A stretch of 37,138 bases of DNA from a virus. How positions within the stretch are numbered: position 1 is the stretch's first letter; each line of letters begins with the position of its first letter. The stretch is from positions 1 through 37,138 of the IMG/VR virus record IMGVR_UViG_3300038829_000053. One strand, given 5' to 3'. Shown here in pieces: positions 22,469 to 30,076 of the stretch. The position numbers and the translations under genes are program-made. Under the pieces are notes generated by a model. The model was not told the DNA's origin, searched no databases, and was given only the letters and a program-made list of their open reading frames with translations.

Positions 22469-24388
22469 CTATTCATACTTCTCACACCGCCCCACGAACC
22501 AGTCGCTTGTGAACGTTGCGCCGGATATCACCACATTCGTCGGCGTTGAAGAAGCGACCACCGCGACGGCTGTTCCAGTCTCCTGCGTTATGGTACACAC
22601 TGGTGCGGTGGTAAATGTCTTCGAGAATGTAATGGTGCAAGATGTGGCAAGCACGCTTCCCGCAAGCACACGCCAGTTCGTGTCATTGCCATAAATTGCG
22701 GGAGAGGTGCCGCAAGAAGATACCGTTGGTATTACGCCTGAAGTAACAAGATGTCCTTTTGAATCTATAGAGAAGTTCGGAAGTCCATTGTTTGTGGTAG
22801 TTGCGACAGCGAAGGTTCCGATAGCGGTAAGTTTGTATGCTGGACTTGTCGTGCTGATGCCTATATTTCCGCTTGAAAGGACCGTGCCCTCTCCATTGAT
22901 ACCTGTCCCGAAGATCAGATTGCCTATATTGAGTTGATTGGAGCCGTTAATCGAGGGGAGTGCAATATCATAGCCGATAGCTATATTGTTTGCGCCTGTA
23001 GCAGTGGTAGATGCAACGAAAGTGCCAAAGAAGGTGTTCCTACTACCTGTAGTGAGCGCTTGTCCATTTAAATACCCAAAAAGAGAATTACTGGTGAAAG
23101 AGTTGCTTGCGACACCCTTTCCAGCATTTGATCCGACTGCGGTATTGAAGAACCCTGTCTGAGTGTTATTGAGAGATGTGTCTCCAATGGCGACATTGTT
23201 TGACCCTGTGCTGATTCGTTGTCCTGCCCCACTACCAAAGGCAGAATTAGATCCCACAGTCGTCTGAGCAAGTGTGTTATTACCAAATGCAGAATTAGAT
23301 CCACCACTCACGTTAGCAAAGAGAGTGCCATTACCAAAGGCGTTATTGGAGTTGCCCGATACGTTTGACTGCATCGAGTTCAGTCCAAAAGCGTTGTTGA
23401 ATCCACCAGTAGTATTACTTTTAAGTGTGTTGAATCCGAAAGCACTATTTGCTGGTGCCGTGTTGACTGAAAGAGCATTTAATCCAATCGCCGTCTCGGA
23501 TGAGTTCGCCACAAATAGAGGTGTTGTGTTGACGAAAAATACACCACCCGTCGTCTGAATATTAAGGTTGACCGCGCCAAGTGATGCATCTGCAATGTTA
23601 TCAGTATAGGTTGTGGTCGTATTATTATTTATGGTTGTGACCAGATACATTGCTCTAAACACACCATCTGCTGTCTTATTTCGGTATATATTGCGTGCAA
23701 TGACATTCCCATCGGAGGATACAGGAATGCTCGTCAGATTTATTTGCTGTGAGACTGGAGAGATCGTTGATGATAATGAACCCACTTCTGTCTCACTTGT
23801 CGCAGTAACATAAGAAACGCGATAGGAATAGCTTCCAGTAAGCACGCCCGCTGCACCAAGTGCAATGATCGGAGTACCTGTTGGCGCGAGCACCGACGAA
23901 AATCTGATATCGCCAGCATCTATGTCGAGCTTTTTCTGCGGATTCGTCGTCCCGATGCCGACGTTGCCGCTAATCGTTGCAAGATTCACATTCGACGTGA
24001 AGGTTGATGAAGCAGTTGAGAGGAAGCCATTGAGGAATCCGAGCGTAGTCGAAGTGGCGTTGCCGTAAGAGACTGGGGTGAATGGGAATTCCCCACCGGC
24101 CGACGACCATGCAGTGATACAGTCCGGCGAAGCATTATTGATACAGAACGTCGTCGCATACGAACGCGATGTCGTCGCTGTCGAGAATGGCAAGTATATA
24201 TTCTTTCCATTCGTGCGCGGTGTGATCGCCGAGAATGGTGTCGAGGTGCTTGTCCACTGATCGAGTGTATTGATCGTCCCCGTCCCCCCGCCGAGACCTT
24301 GCACGGTCACCATTGATGCTATCTTTCCGATGATTACGATGAGTGTACCAACAATGATTGTGCTGACGATGATTTGTCTCAATTTCAT
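22469..24388 (-). CDS. Tail fibre with YadA-head-like NSxAxG beta-roll repeats and an N-terminal hydrophobic helix (639 aa from ATG 24388)
   Basis: ATG 24388 is ATGA-coupled to the upstream stop. Repeats include NNAFGLNS, SNNAFGNGT, SNSAFGNNT, SNSAFGSGA, SNNVAIGDTS, FNTAVGSNA and ANNIAIGYD. DNA-level near-repeats lie at 23233-23254 and 23281-23302. Confidence 0.7.
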   Translation of the reverse strand: MKLRQIIVSTIIVGTLIVIIGKIASMVTVQGLGGGTGTINTLDQWTSTSTPFSAITPRTNGKNIYLPFSTATTSRSYATTFCINNASPDCITAWSSAGGEFPFTPVSYGNATSTTLGFLNGFLSTASSTFTSNVNLATISGNVGIGTTNPQKKLDIDAGDIRFSSVLAPTGTPIIALGAAGVLTGSYSYRVSYVTATSETEVGSLSSTISPVSQQINLTSIPVSSDGNVIARNIYRNKTADGVFRAMYLVTTINNNTTTTYTDNIADASLGAVNLNIQTTGGVFFVNTTPLFVANSSETAIGLNALSVNTAPANSAFGFNTLKSNTTGGFNNAFGLNSMQSNVSGNSNNAFGNGTLFANVSGGSNSAFGNNTLAQTTVGSNSAFGSGAGQRISTGSNNVAIGDTSLNNTQTGFFNTAVGSNAGKGVASNSFTSNSLFGYLNGQALTTGSRNTFFGTFVASTTATGANNIAIGYDIALPSINGSNQLNIGNLIFGTGINGEGTVLSSGNIGISTTSPAYKLTAIGTFAVATTTNNGLPNFSIDSKGHLVTSGVIPTVSSCGTSPAIYGNDTNWRVLAGSVLATSCTITFSKTFTTAPVCTITQETGTAVAVVASSTPTNVVISGATFTSDWFVGRCEKYE

Positions 24389-25233
24389 GGATTTTTCATT
24401 ATATTTCTCATAGCATCTTCCCATCGAACCGCAACTGGCTCATCGACCATTGCCTTATCGATTGCTTCTCGTACCACGGCTTCAATTTTTTCTGCGGCAG
24501 ACAATCGTTTATTCGTCGACAATGTATTCCCTTTTTTGATCTCATCGACCAGTTCCAAGTGATTCTTCGTAACTAATTGATTCGCTTCATCAATGCGATC
24601 TTTCGCATCGTCGAGTGATTTTTGTATCAAAGATAGTTCGTTTTTAAGTTTTTCCGGTATATTTGATTCTACTTGCTCGATCATCTTGCCAATATCCGCG
24701 ATGACCCTTGTTATTGACGAGAAATCGACCGCTGGGACCACTGTACGAGCCGATTCGACTGTTTGCACGATATGCGCCTTCAAATCGCCCGTAGCCCCAT
24801 TTATTGCACTATTCACGATGCCTCGAATGTCTATCGGCGGTTCCGGAACTTTTTCTGCCGCCAGAAGTGCGGCCGCTATTATTTCCTCGATTCGTTTATA
24901 ACTAATACTGCTTCCCCCTCCGCCGAAATGTTGCTGTCGCATCTCGACGAGATATGTCTCAATTTCCTGTCCATATACATCGCTCAATGTAGTGTACCCG
25001 CTATCCGTGTAGACGCGCGTTGAAATCGAAATGTAGATTGCATCGCTCGACTTCGACGGCACCTGATATTCAGTTGAGAATCGCTGACCACCGCGATCCG
25101 TTAAATCCTTGGTATCTAACAATGCATCCGTCCGGGCATTGCGGATAGTGGCTCGCACATAGTACGTACCCGTATCATTCGGGTCCGCGAGTTGCCTGAC
25201 TATCGCAAATACTTCTCCGGGTGAAAGTTGCAT
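24385..25233 (-). CDS. Virion-module hypothetical protein (282 aa)
   Basis: Assigned by position, with ATGA coupling to the fibre gene. Confidence 0.55.
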   Translation of the reverse strand: MQLSPGEVFAIVRQLADPNDTGTYYVRATIRNARTDALLDTKDLTDRGGQRFSTEYQVPSKSSDAIYISISTRVYTDSGYTTLSDVYGQEIETYLVEMRQQHFGGGGSSISYKRIEEIIAAALLAAEKVPEPPIDIRGIVNSAINGATGDLKAHIVQTVESARTVVPAVDFSSITRVIADIGKMIEQVESNIPEKLKNELSLIQKSLDDAKDRIDEANQLVTKNHLELVDEIKKGNTLSTNKRLSAAEKIEAVVREAIDKAMVDEPVAVRWEDAMRNIMKNP

Positions 25234-25239
25234 AGATGT

Positions 25240-25665
25240 TTATATCGTTTCTGATACCGTAATTGCTTGAGAAGTAAAGCTGTATACCCTCCACGCGGAA
25301 CATCCGTATATGCCAGAATCATACGCAACCGTGGTGCTTGCTAACTGTAGGTGGCCGCTTACGCCAGATGGAACAAACCCTATCAGATCGGTAAGCCCGA
25401 TCATAATTGGACTCGCGTACGTCGTTATGATACGTGAATTGCATGTGCTGCTTGCGAATACAAGAGATGCTGTTGTGTTCACAGTAGCGGGTGATGTGGT
25501 TGACACTTTTGTAACAAGTCCTATTGGTGCGCCACCGGCATTTTGTGCGACCGGTGCATACTTCTCATTCGTTACCTTGCCAACCGAATCATAGAGATAC
25601 CAGAGTCCGCCGATGACCGAGCCGGCGATTGCTGTCCATATTGCGATTGCTAAGATGTTTTTCAT
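25240..25665 (-). CDS. Virion-module protein with N-terminal membrane anchor (141 aa)
   Basis: MKNILAIAIWTAIAGSVIGGLWYLY, then Ser/Thr-rich beta-type sequence. Confidence 0.55.
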   Translation of the reverse strand: MKNILAIAIWTAIAGSVIGGLWYLYDSVGKVTNEKYAPVAQNAGGAPIGLVTKVSTTSPATVNTTASLVFASSTCNSRIITTYASPIMIGLTDLIGFVPSGVSGHLQLASTTVAYDSGIYGCSAWRVYSFTSQAITVSETI

Positions 25666-25706
25666 AGTTGTGTAAGTGATTAATTTCTACGGTACCGCCC
25701 TGACCC

Positions 25707-25724
25707 CAGCGGCCGAAGCCGCTG
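25707..25724 (-). terminator. GC-rich UUCG-capped hairpin without a U-tract (stability element or weak terminator)
   Basis: The minus-strand RNA reads CAGCGGC-UUCG-GCCGCUG. It begins 13 nt after the stop of the 218-aa gene. Confidence 0.35.
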
Positions 25725-25736
25725 TTCGTCAAAGCG

Positions 25737-26393
25737 CTACAGTGATGGAGCGCCTGCTCGTGAACTATGCACGCGCACATTGAAGATCGGGTTGAAACCG
25801 CGATTTGTAGAAGTCGCAGTCTCACATGCCGCTCCATTCGCCGCACCCGCGATAGAACAAGCAGTGGTGTCCTGTTGAAGGACTCCGTACACGCATGACC
25901 CTGTAGGAATCAATATCGCGCCGTTACCCTTTCCTTGTACTGCCGCGTAAACGGAATTCGTCGTCGAAGCTGTCGTTGAGGTTGCAATGCCGAGCGCTTG
26001 AATAAGCGCTCGTTTGCCCTCCGCAAGTGTGCCGAAGTCTACCCACGTGGCGATCGACGTTGAAGTGGTCGCGAAAATCGAAAACTTCGTCGTCGAACTT
26101 GCCGTCTCGCCGGTAAGTACGACCGCCGAACCGAAGTCCGACAGCACATCCTGACCCGTGCGATTGCAGTAGACCTGAACACTCGTTGCTTGTGGCGGGA
26201 GTTTCGCACTCGCCCACTTCATGTTGAGATCGCCCGCTTTGATACCGTCGATGAACTCCTGAAGTCCCGCGCGTTCGCCTCCCACATTCTGTCCTGCCGG
26301 AGCCTGAGCTCCGCCGAAGATTGAGAACGCGAGTGCGACAATCGCAATAGCAACGGCGGCGACTCCGACGAACTTACCATTGGAAGTTTCCAT
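25737..26393 (-). CDS. Virion-module protein with N-terminal membrane anchor (218 aa)
   Basis: METSNGKFVGVAAVAIAIVALAFSIFGG, then Thr/Ser/Ala-rich sequence containing Cys. It lies immediately downstream of the capsid gene. Confidence 0.55.
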   Translation of the reverse strand: METSNGKFVGVAAVAIAIVALAFSIFGGAQAPAGQNVGGERAGLQEFIDGIKAGDLNMKWASAKLPPQATSVQVYCNRTGQDVLSDFGSAVVLTGETASSTTKFSIFATTSTSIATWVDFGTLAEGKRALIQALGIATSTTASTTNSVYAAVQGKGNGAILIPTGSCVYGVLQQDTTACSIAGAANGAACETATSTNRGFNPIFNVRVHSSRAGAPSL

Positions 26394-26427
26394 AGGTGTG
26401 AATCGTTATGCCGTTAAGGCCGTGCTA

Positions 26428-27669
26428 TTAGAAGACTCCTTGACCGGAATCTGCGCGAACTCTCACGTCGACAAGGGCCCGAGCGCCCTCCGCGAAAGTC
26501 TTAAGTCCGTACAGTGTGTACGGAAGAACGTTTTTGCCGAGCTTATCCGGCACTTCCTTAACTTCGACTTTAGGCTTGGCTTGAATGACGAGGTCAATCG
26601 ATCCGGCCTTGCCGAAGAGTTGGTGCTGAATCTGAAGCGCACCCGTCCATACGTCTGCCGCTGGAGTGAGAGTCTCCGAGACAGCGATCAAACCGACACC
26701 CTCAAATACGATGTCGATATAGGTCGTGCCATTGGTGGCTGTCATACCGATAAGCAGATCGCGGTTTGCGGCCGTGACCTCGAAATACGTGTCGACTGCG
26801 CCCACCGTGGCCGCATATCCCTGCGTATTGTTGAGGGCTTCGGTAAACTGTGCCGAGCACAGCGCCGCCGTTGCCTGAATGGAGAAGTCTCCAGACGATA
26901 CAGCCGAACCATCTGCACGTGCGGTGAACACGACACCGTTGATGGTGACAGTGTCAGCAGCAGTGAAGATCGTCGAAGTGACCAAACGAGCGGAGAACGC
27001 GAGCGAATTCGACACGTGGAGTTTGAATCCCATGTACGAACCGATGTTCCCGTTCACGCCTGTCGTGTCGCCGAGCGGAGTCTCGCGGTTCGAGAAGAAG
27101 CTCAATAGCACGCTCTCAACTTCTGGCGAGATGATGGCGACGAGATTCGTGAGACCGCCGGGAAGGTTCTGCTTTTGCAGCTTCTTCTTTGCCTCGGTGA
27201 ACATCTTGAGAATGTTCGCCGTGGTAAGGGTGTAGCCGTTGCCAGCAGTACCGCCGTTGATCTCCACATCGTCCACCTTGGACGTTGCGTTTGCGTACTC
27301 GCCGAGGACGTCGCCGTCGATGAAGTTCGTGAGAACTGTCGCTGCGTCGTCCGCGTACTCATTAAGAACTCGATAGTTGTGTTGCAACGCATCGAGATCG
27401 TCCACGTAGAACGGAACCACCTTCGAAACGTTCACCGTGAGCGTCTCATCCGTGTCCGTGAGGTCACGAATGGTGACGGCCGTTCCACGCGTGTAGGTAC
27501 GCGCGTAGAGGGTCGAACGATATGGACGATGAACAGTCTGACCCTTTGTGAGGGTAGCCTGCTCTTCCATGCTCACGATGGCAACGTATACCGCCTGTCG
27601 GTATGCCGTTCGTTGCATGCGTCGCGACCAATAGGCCGCAAAGGATGCCGAACTGAATGAATTTGCCAT
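26428..27669 (-). CDS. Major capsid protein (HK97-fold, P22/T7-like coat family; 413 aa)
   Basis: N-terminal FAAYWSRRMQRTAYRQAVYVAIV...LTKGQTVHRPY pattern is typical of this coat family. It sits directly after the scaffold gene. Confidence 0.8.
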   Translation of the reverse strand: MANSFSSASFAAYWSRRMQRTAYRQAVYVAIVSMEEQATLTKGQTVHRPYRSTLYARTYTRGTAVTIRDLTDTDETLTVNVSKVVPFYVDDLDALQHNYRVLNEYADDAATVLTNFIDGDVLGEYANATSKVDDVEINGGTAGNGYTLTTANILKMFTEAKKKLQKQNLPGGLTNLVAIISPEVESVLLSFFSNRETPLGDTTGVNGNIGSYMGFKLHVSNSLAFSARLVTSTIFTAADTVTINGVVFTARADGSAVSSGDFSIQATAALCSAQFTEALNNTQGYAATVGAVDTYFEVTAANRDLLIGMTATNGTTYIDIVFEGVGLIAVSETLTPAADVWTGALQIQHQLFGKAGSIDLVIQAKPKVEVKEVPDKLGKNVLPYTLYGLKTFAEGARALVDVRVRADSGQGVF

Positions 27670-27748
27670 AACGATTAAATTAGACCGAATAAATCCGGTG
27701 CAGTAATCGTTGGCAATTCCTTTTTAGGGATAAATGTTACCGATACTG

Positions 27749-28675
27749 CTACTTCCGACCTTTCGGTACGGTTGTCCGGGTGAATCGGCTGTTTCCACCT
27801 CCGATCCGACTCGTGAATTCTTCGAACTCACTGTCGCTCATGTTGTCGATCTGCTCTGGCGTAAGATCGTCGAGCGTTGTCGGCGATGCAGGAGCACGTC
27901 CTGCACCTCCCTTTCCACTCTCTGCACTTGTGCGACCCGTTGGGACCGTTGGTGCGATGAGATTCGGATTGAGTCGGATGATGTCTGCAACCGAGTAGTT
28001 GGCATAGGTTGTGGTGTACGCGAGTTCCTTGATCTTGGCGTTCATTTCCGCGGTGACCGGCTTATCGCCGAGTACGAGCTTCAAAGCATCCTGAGCGGAC
28101 TGTCCGCCCAACTCAGCTTCAAAACCCTGTGCCTCTTTGATCTCCTTGTCGCGCTGTTGTGAAGTCGCGATTGTCGTCTTGATCTCGTTTATACCCAGTC
28201 GTGATTCGATAACGGATGTCATTCGGTCGAGCATCGCTCCTGCAACCTCCGGAGTTATGTTGAACTCCTCGGCGAGCTTGCCTACATCTTCCGATGTGGC
28301 GCCGCCTTTTTGCGTGGTCGCTTTTGCGAGAGCCTGTTCAAGTTCGGTGGCGTGACGCGCCTCCAACTCTTGCTCAAACTTTTTCAGCTCTTCCTTGTGC
28401 TTCCATATCGGCATTGACTGTGGAGTGCGTCCCGGCTTGTCCGGGTCTTCCCCTGTGCCTTCTGCCGCTATCCGAGCCGCTTCCGCTTCCGCGGCCAGCT
28501 CTTCGGCGGTTTTTTCAACGTGCTGTTCGTCCGGTTTCTTTTCTTCTGCAATATCGACGAGCGTACCGTCCGCTTCTTGCTCTTCGATTACTTCTGGGTC
28601 GGCGCCTGCAACGATAGCTGCTTTGCCGGCCTCGGTCTTCGGTTCGTAAGCCATAAAAATTAGACCAGTGGTCAT
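27749..28675 (-). CDS. Scaffolding protein (308 aa from ATG 28675; alternatives GTG 28687 and ATG 28654)
   Basis: Acidic, Ala/Glu/Lys-rich helical protein located between the portal region and the capsid gene. Confidence 0.6.
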   Translation of the reverse strand: MTTGLIFMAYEPKTEAGKAAIVAGADPEVIEEQEADGTLVDIAEEKKPDEQHVEKTAEELAAEAEAARIAAEGTGEDPDKPGRTPQSMPIWKHKEELKKFEQELEARHATELEQALAKATTQKGGATSEDVGKLAEEFNITPEVAGAMLDRMTSVIESRLGINEIKTTIATSQQRDKEIKEAQGFEAELGGQSAQDALKLVLGDKPVTAEMNAKIKELAYTTTYANYSVADIIRLNPNLIAPTVPTGRTSAESGKGGAGRAPASPTTLDDLTPEQIDNMSDSEFEEFTSRIGGGNSRFTRTTVPKGRK

Positions 28676-28679
28676 TAGT

Positions 28680-28820
28680 GTCGCCACACACGCGACAGAG
28701 GACTTTTTCGGGAGTAACTCATTCCCAGACAGTTAATCGGGCTGCCACACACCCCGCGTTTCCCTTTCGGGACCCGGCTCTTCGTTCGATTGTTCGAGCA
28801 GAGAGCCGGAACCCGTCCGG
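28680..28820 (-). promoter_or_regulatory. GC-rich multi-hairpin leader upstream of the scaffold gene
   Basis: Hairpins lie at 28680-28696 (GTCGC/GCGAC), 28710-28726, 28738-28756, 28761-28772 (UCCC-GAAA-GGGA on the minus RNA) and 28774-28809 (8-bp CCGGCUCU/AGAGCCGG). An alternative hairpin at 28806-28820 competes with the last one. The motif GTGTGTGGC occurs twice. Confidence 0.4.
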
Positions 28821-28826
28821 CGGTGG

Positions 28827-29090
28827 TTATTCTGCCACTACAGTGCGACCTTCTGCCTTCCCGGCGAACTCCGCCGCGAGGTCAAGAAATCCCGCGCCAT
28901 GCTCCGCATTGGAGTATGTGCGAATGAGACCATTCGCATCATGCACCTGCACGGCTGAAGCATTCTTCGAGATACCTCCCAAAGCTTCTTTGGCCGCCTT
29001 CGCCGCCGCGACCTCCGCCGCCTTAGCGGCAACTGCTGCCTCCTTGGCTGCCTTCGCTTCTGCTATCTCTACCGGTGTTTTCTTTGCCAT
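28827..29090 (-). CDS. Hypothetical protein with Ala/Lys-rich N-terminal helix (87 aa)
   Basis: ATG start, within the head module. Confidence 0.55.
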   Translation of the reverse strand: MAKKTPVEIAEAKAAKEAAVAAKAAEVAAAKAAKEALGGISKNASAVQVHDANGLIRTYSNAEHGAGFLDLAAEFAGKAEGRTVVAE

Positions 29091-29101
29091 AACAATTAAA
29101 A

Positions 29102-29227
29102 TTATGTATAACGTCGCACACTCTTCTTGCCCTTATCGACCCTACCCTTCGGCATCATCTTTTTGGTCGGAGTGCCGACCATTCCTTTCATCCTCTCTGG
29201 TACAACTCTTTTCATTATGTTCATCAT
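29102..29227 (-). CDS. Possible very basic, Met-rich micro-protein (41 aa, below cutoff)
   Basis: Translated by hand as MMNIMKRVVPERMKGMVGTPTKKMMPKGRVDKGKKSVRRYT. No Shine-Dalgarno sequence. It fills an otherwise empty 143-nt gap. Confidence 0.25.
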   Translation of the reverse strand: MMNIMKRVVPERMKGMVGTPTKKMMPKGRVDKGKKSVRRYT

Positions 29228-29233
29228 AGCAGT

Positions 29234-29605
29234 TTACTCTTCGCTCGGGGCGTTATCCCCAAGCTGTCCGTCCAATTCTTCGTCGAGTGTTTTTTCTATA
29301 CTCTCAATCGTCTGGTCGACATCGAAGAATGAAAGTATCCATCGCACCTCACCTCGTCGTGCGAAATATGCGTGGCGCTTAATCTCTTCGAGGTCTTCCT
29401 TGTTCGACAAGATAAGCGAGTACTGCCGCTCTCGATCGCGCAGGGTCTTGAGCAGTAATTTGAACGCCGGATGATCGCCGAGATTCTTCTTGAGCGATGC
29501 GGTCTTGAGGGCTTTTTGCATCGCTTGCACAGCGCTCTGCTGGTCTGGCCTGTAATTATCAAGTTGCTCCACCAACTTTGACATCTTGATATCGACGTTG
29601 CTCAT
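29234..29605 (-). CDS. Hypothetical protein (123 aa)
   Basis: ATGA overlap with the HNH-AP2 gene stop. Confidence 0.6.
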   Translation of the reverse strand: MSNVDIKMSKLVEQLDNYRPDQQSAVQAMQKALKTASLKKNLGDHPAFKLLLKTLRDRERQYSLILSNKEDLEEIKRHAYFARRGEVRWILSFFDVDQTIESIEKTLDEELDGQLGDNAPSEE

Positions 29606-30072
29606 ACTCGTGAAAAGTTACCGTGGTATTTAATACACGCTTCTACATACGCTTCGTGAGCATCAAATTTTGATACGAAAAGTCCGATATTGACCTTCTT
29701 CCCGTTCGTCATTATTTCAACCCTCCACTTTCCAGTAGCCTTATGAAGGCACACACCTTTGAATCCAGATGTATTGTCCTTATGCATTTTCACGTTTCTG
29801 GTATTTTCCGCATGAGTGCATACTCTCAAATTACTGCGCTGGTTATTCAACCCATCGCCATCGATGTGGTCAGTGTCCATTCCTTCCGGAGTCTCCATGA
29901 TCTCGCGATGCATTTTTACCGAAGTAGCCTTCCCTTTAATTCGCTTGGTATTGCGCGATGCATAAAATGTACTTCCGTCTTTTCGTGCATTCCATTTGTG
30001 CAACCTTAACCATTCAAAATCTTTGTCGTCTACGAGGGCGTATTTTCCTTGCGATAGTGGTATTTGTTTCAT
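29602..30072 (-). CDS. HNH endonuclease with C-terminal AP2-type DNA-binding domain (homing-endonuclease type; 156 aa)
   Basis: DTDHIDGDGLNNQRSNLRVCTHAENTRN (HNH_3-like) followed by SGFKGVCLHKATGKWRVEIMTNGKKVNIGLFVSKFDAHEAYVEA (AP2-like). Clearly more AT-rich than the flanking portal gene. Confidence 0.85.
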   Translation of the reverse strand: MKQIPLSQGKYALVDDKDFEWLRLHKWNARKDGSTFYASRNTKRIKGKATSVKMHREIMETPEGMDTDHIDGDGLNNQRSNLRVCTHAENTRNVKMHKDNTSGFKGVCLHKATGKWRVEIMTNGKKVNIGLFVSKFDAHEAYVEACIKYHGNFSRV

Positions 30073-30076
30073 AGCA

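Noticed and set aside
22469-24388. A diversity-generating retroelement targeting the fibre
   Set aside because: There is no reverse transcriptase gene in the window, and I saw no template/variable repeat pair with adenine-specific differences. The internal repeats are in-frame structural repeats.
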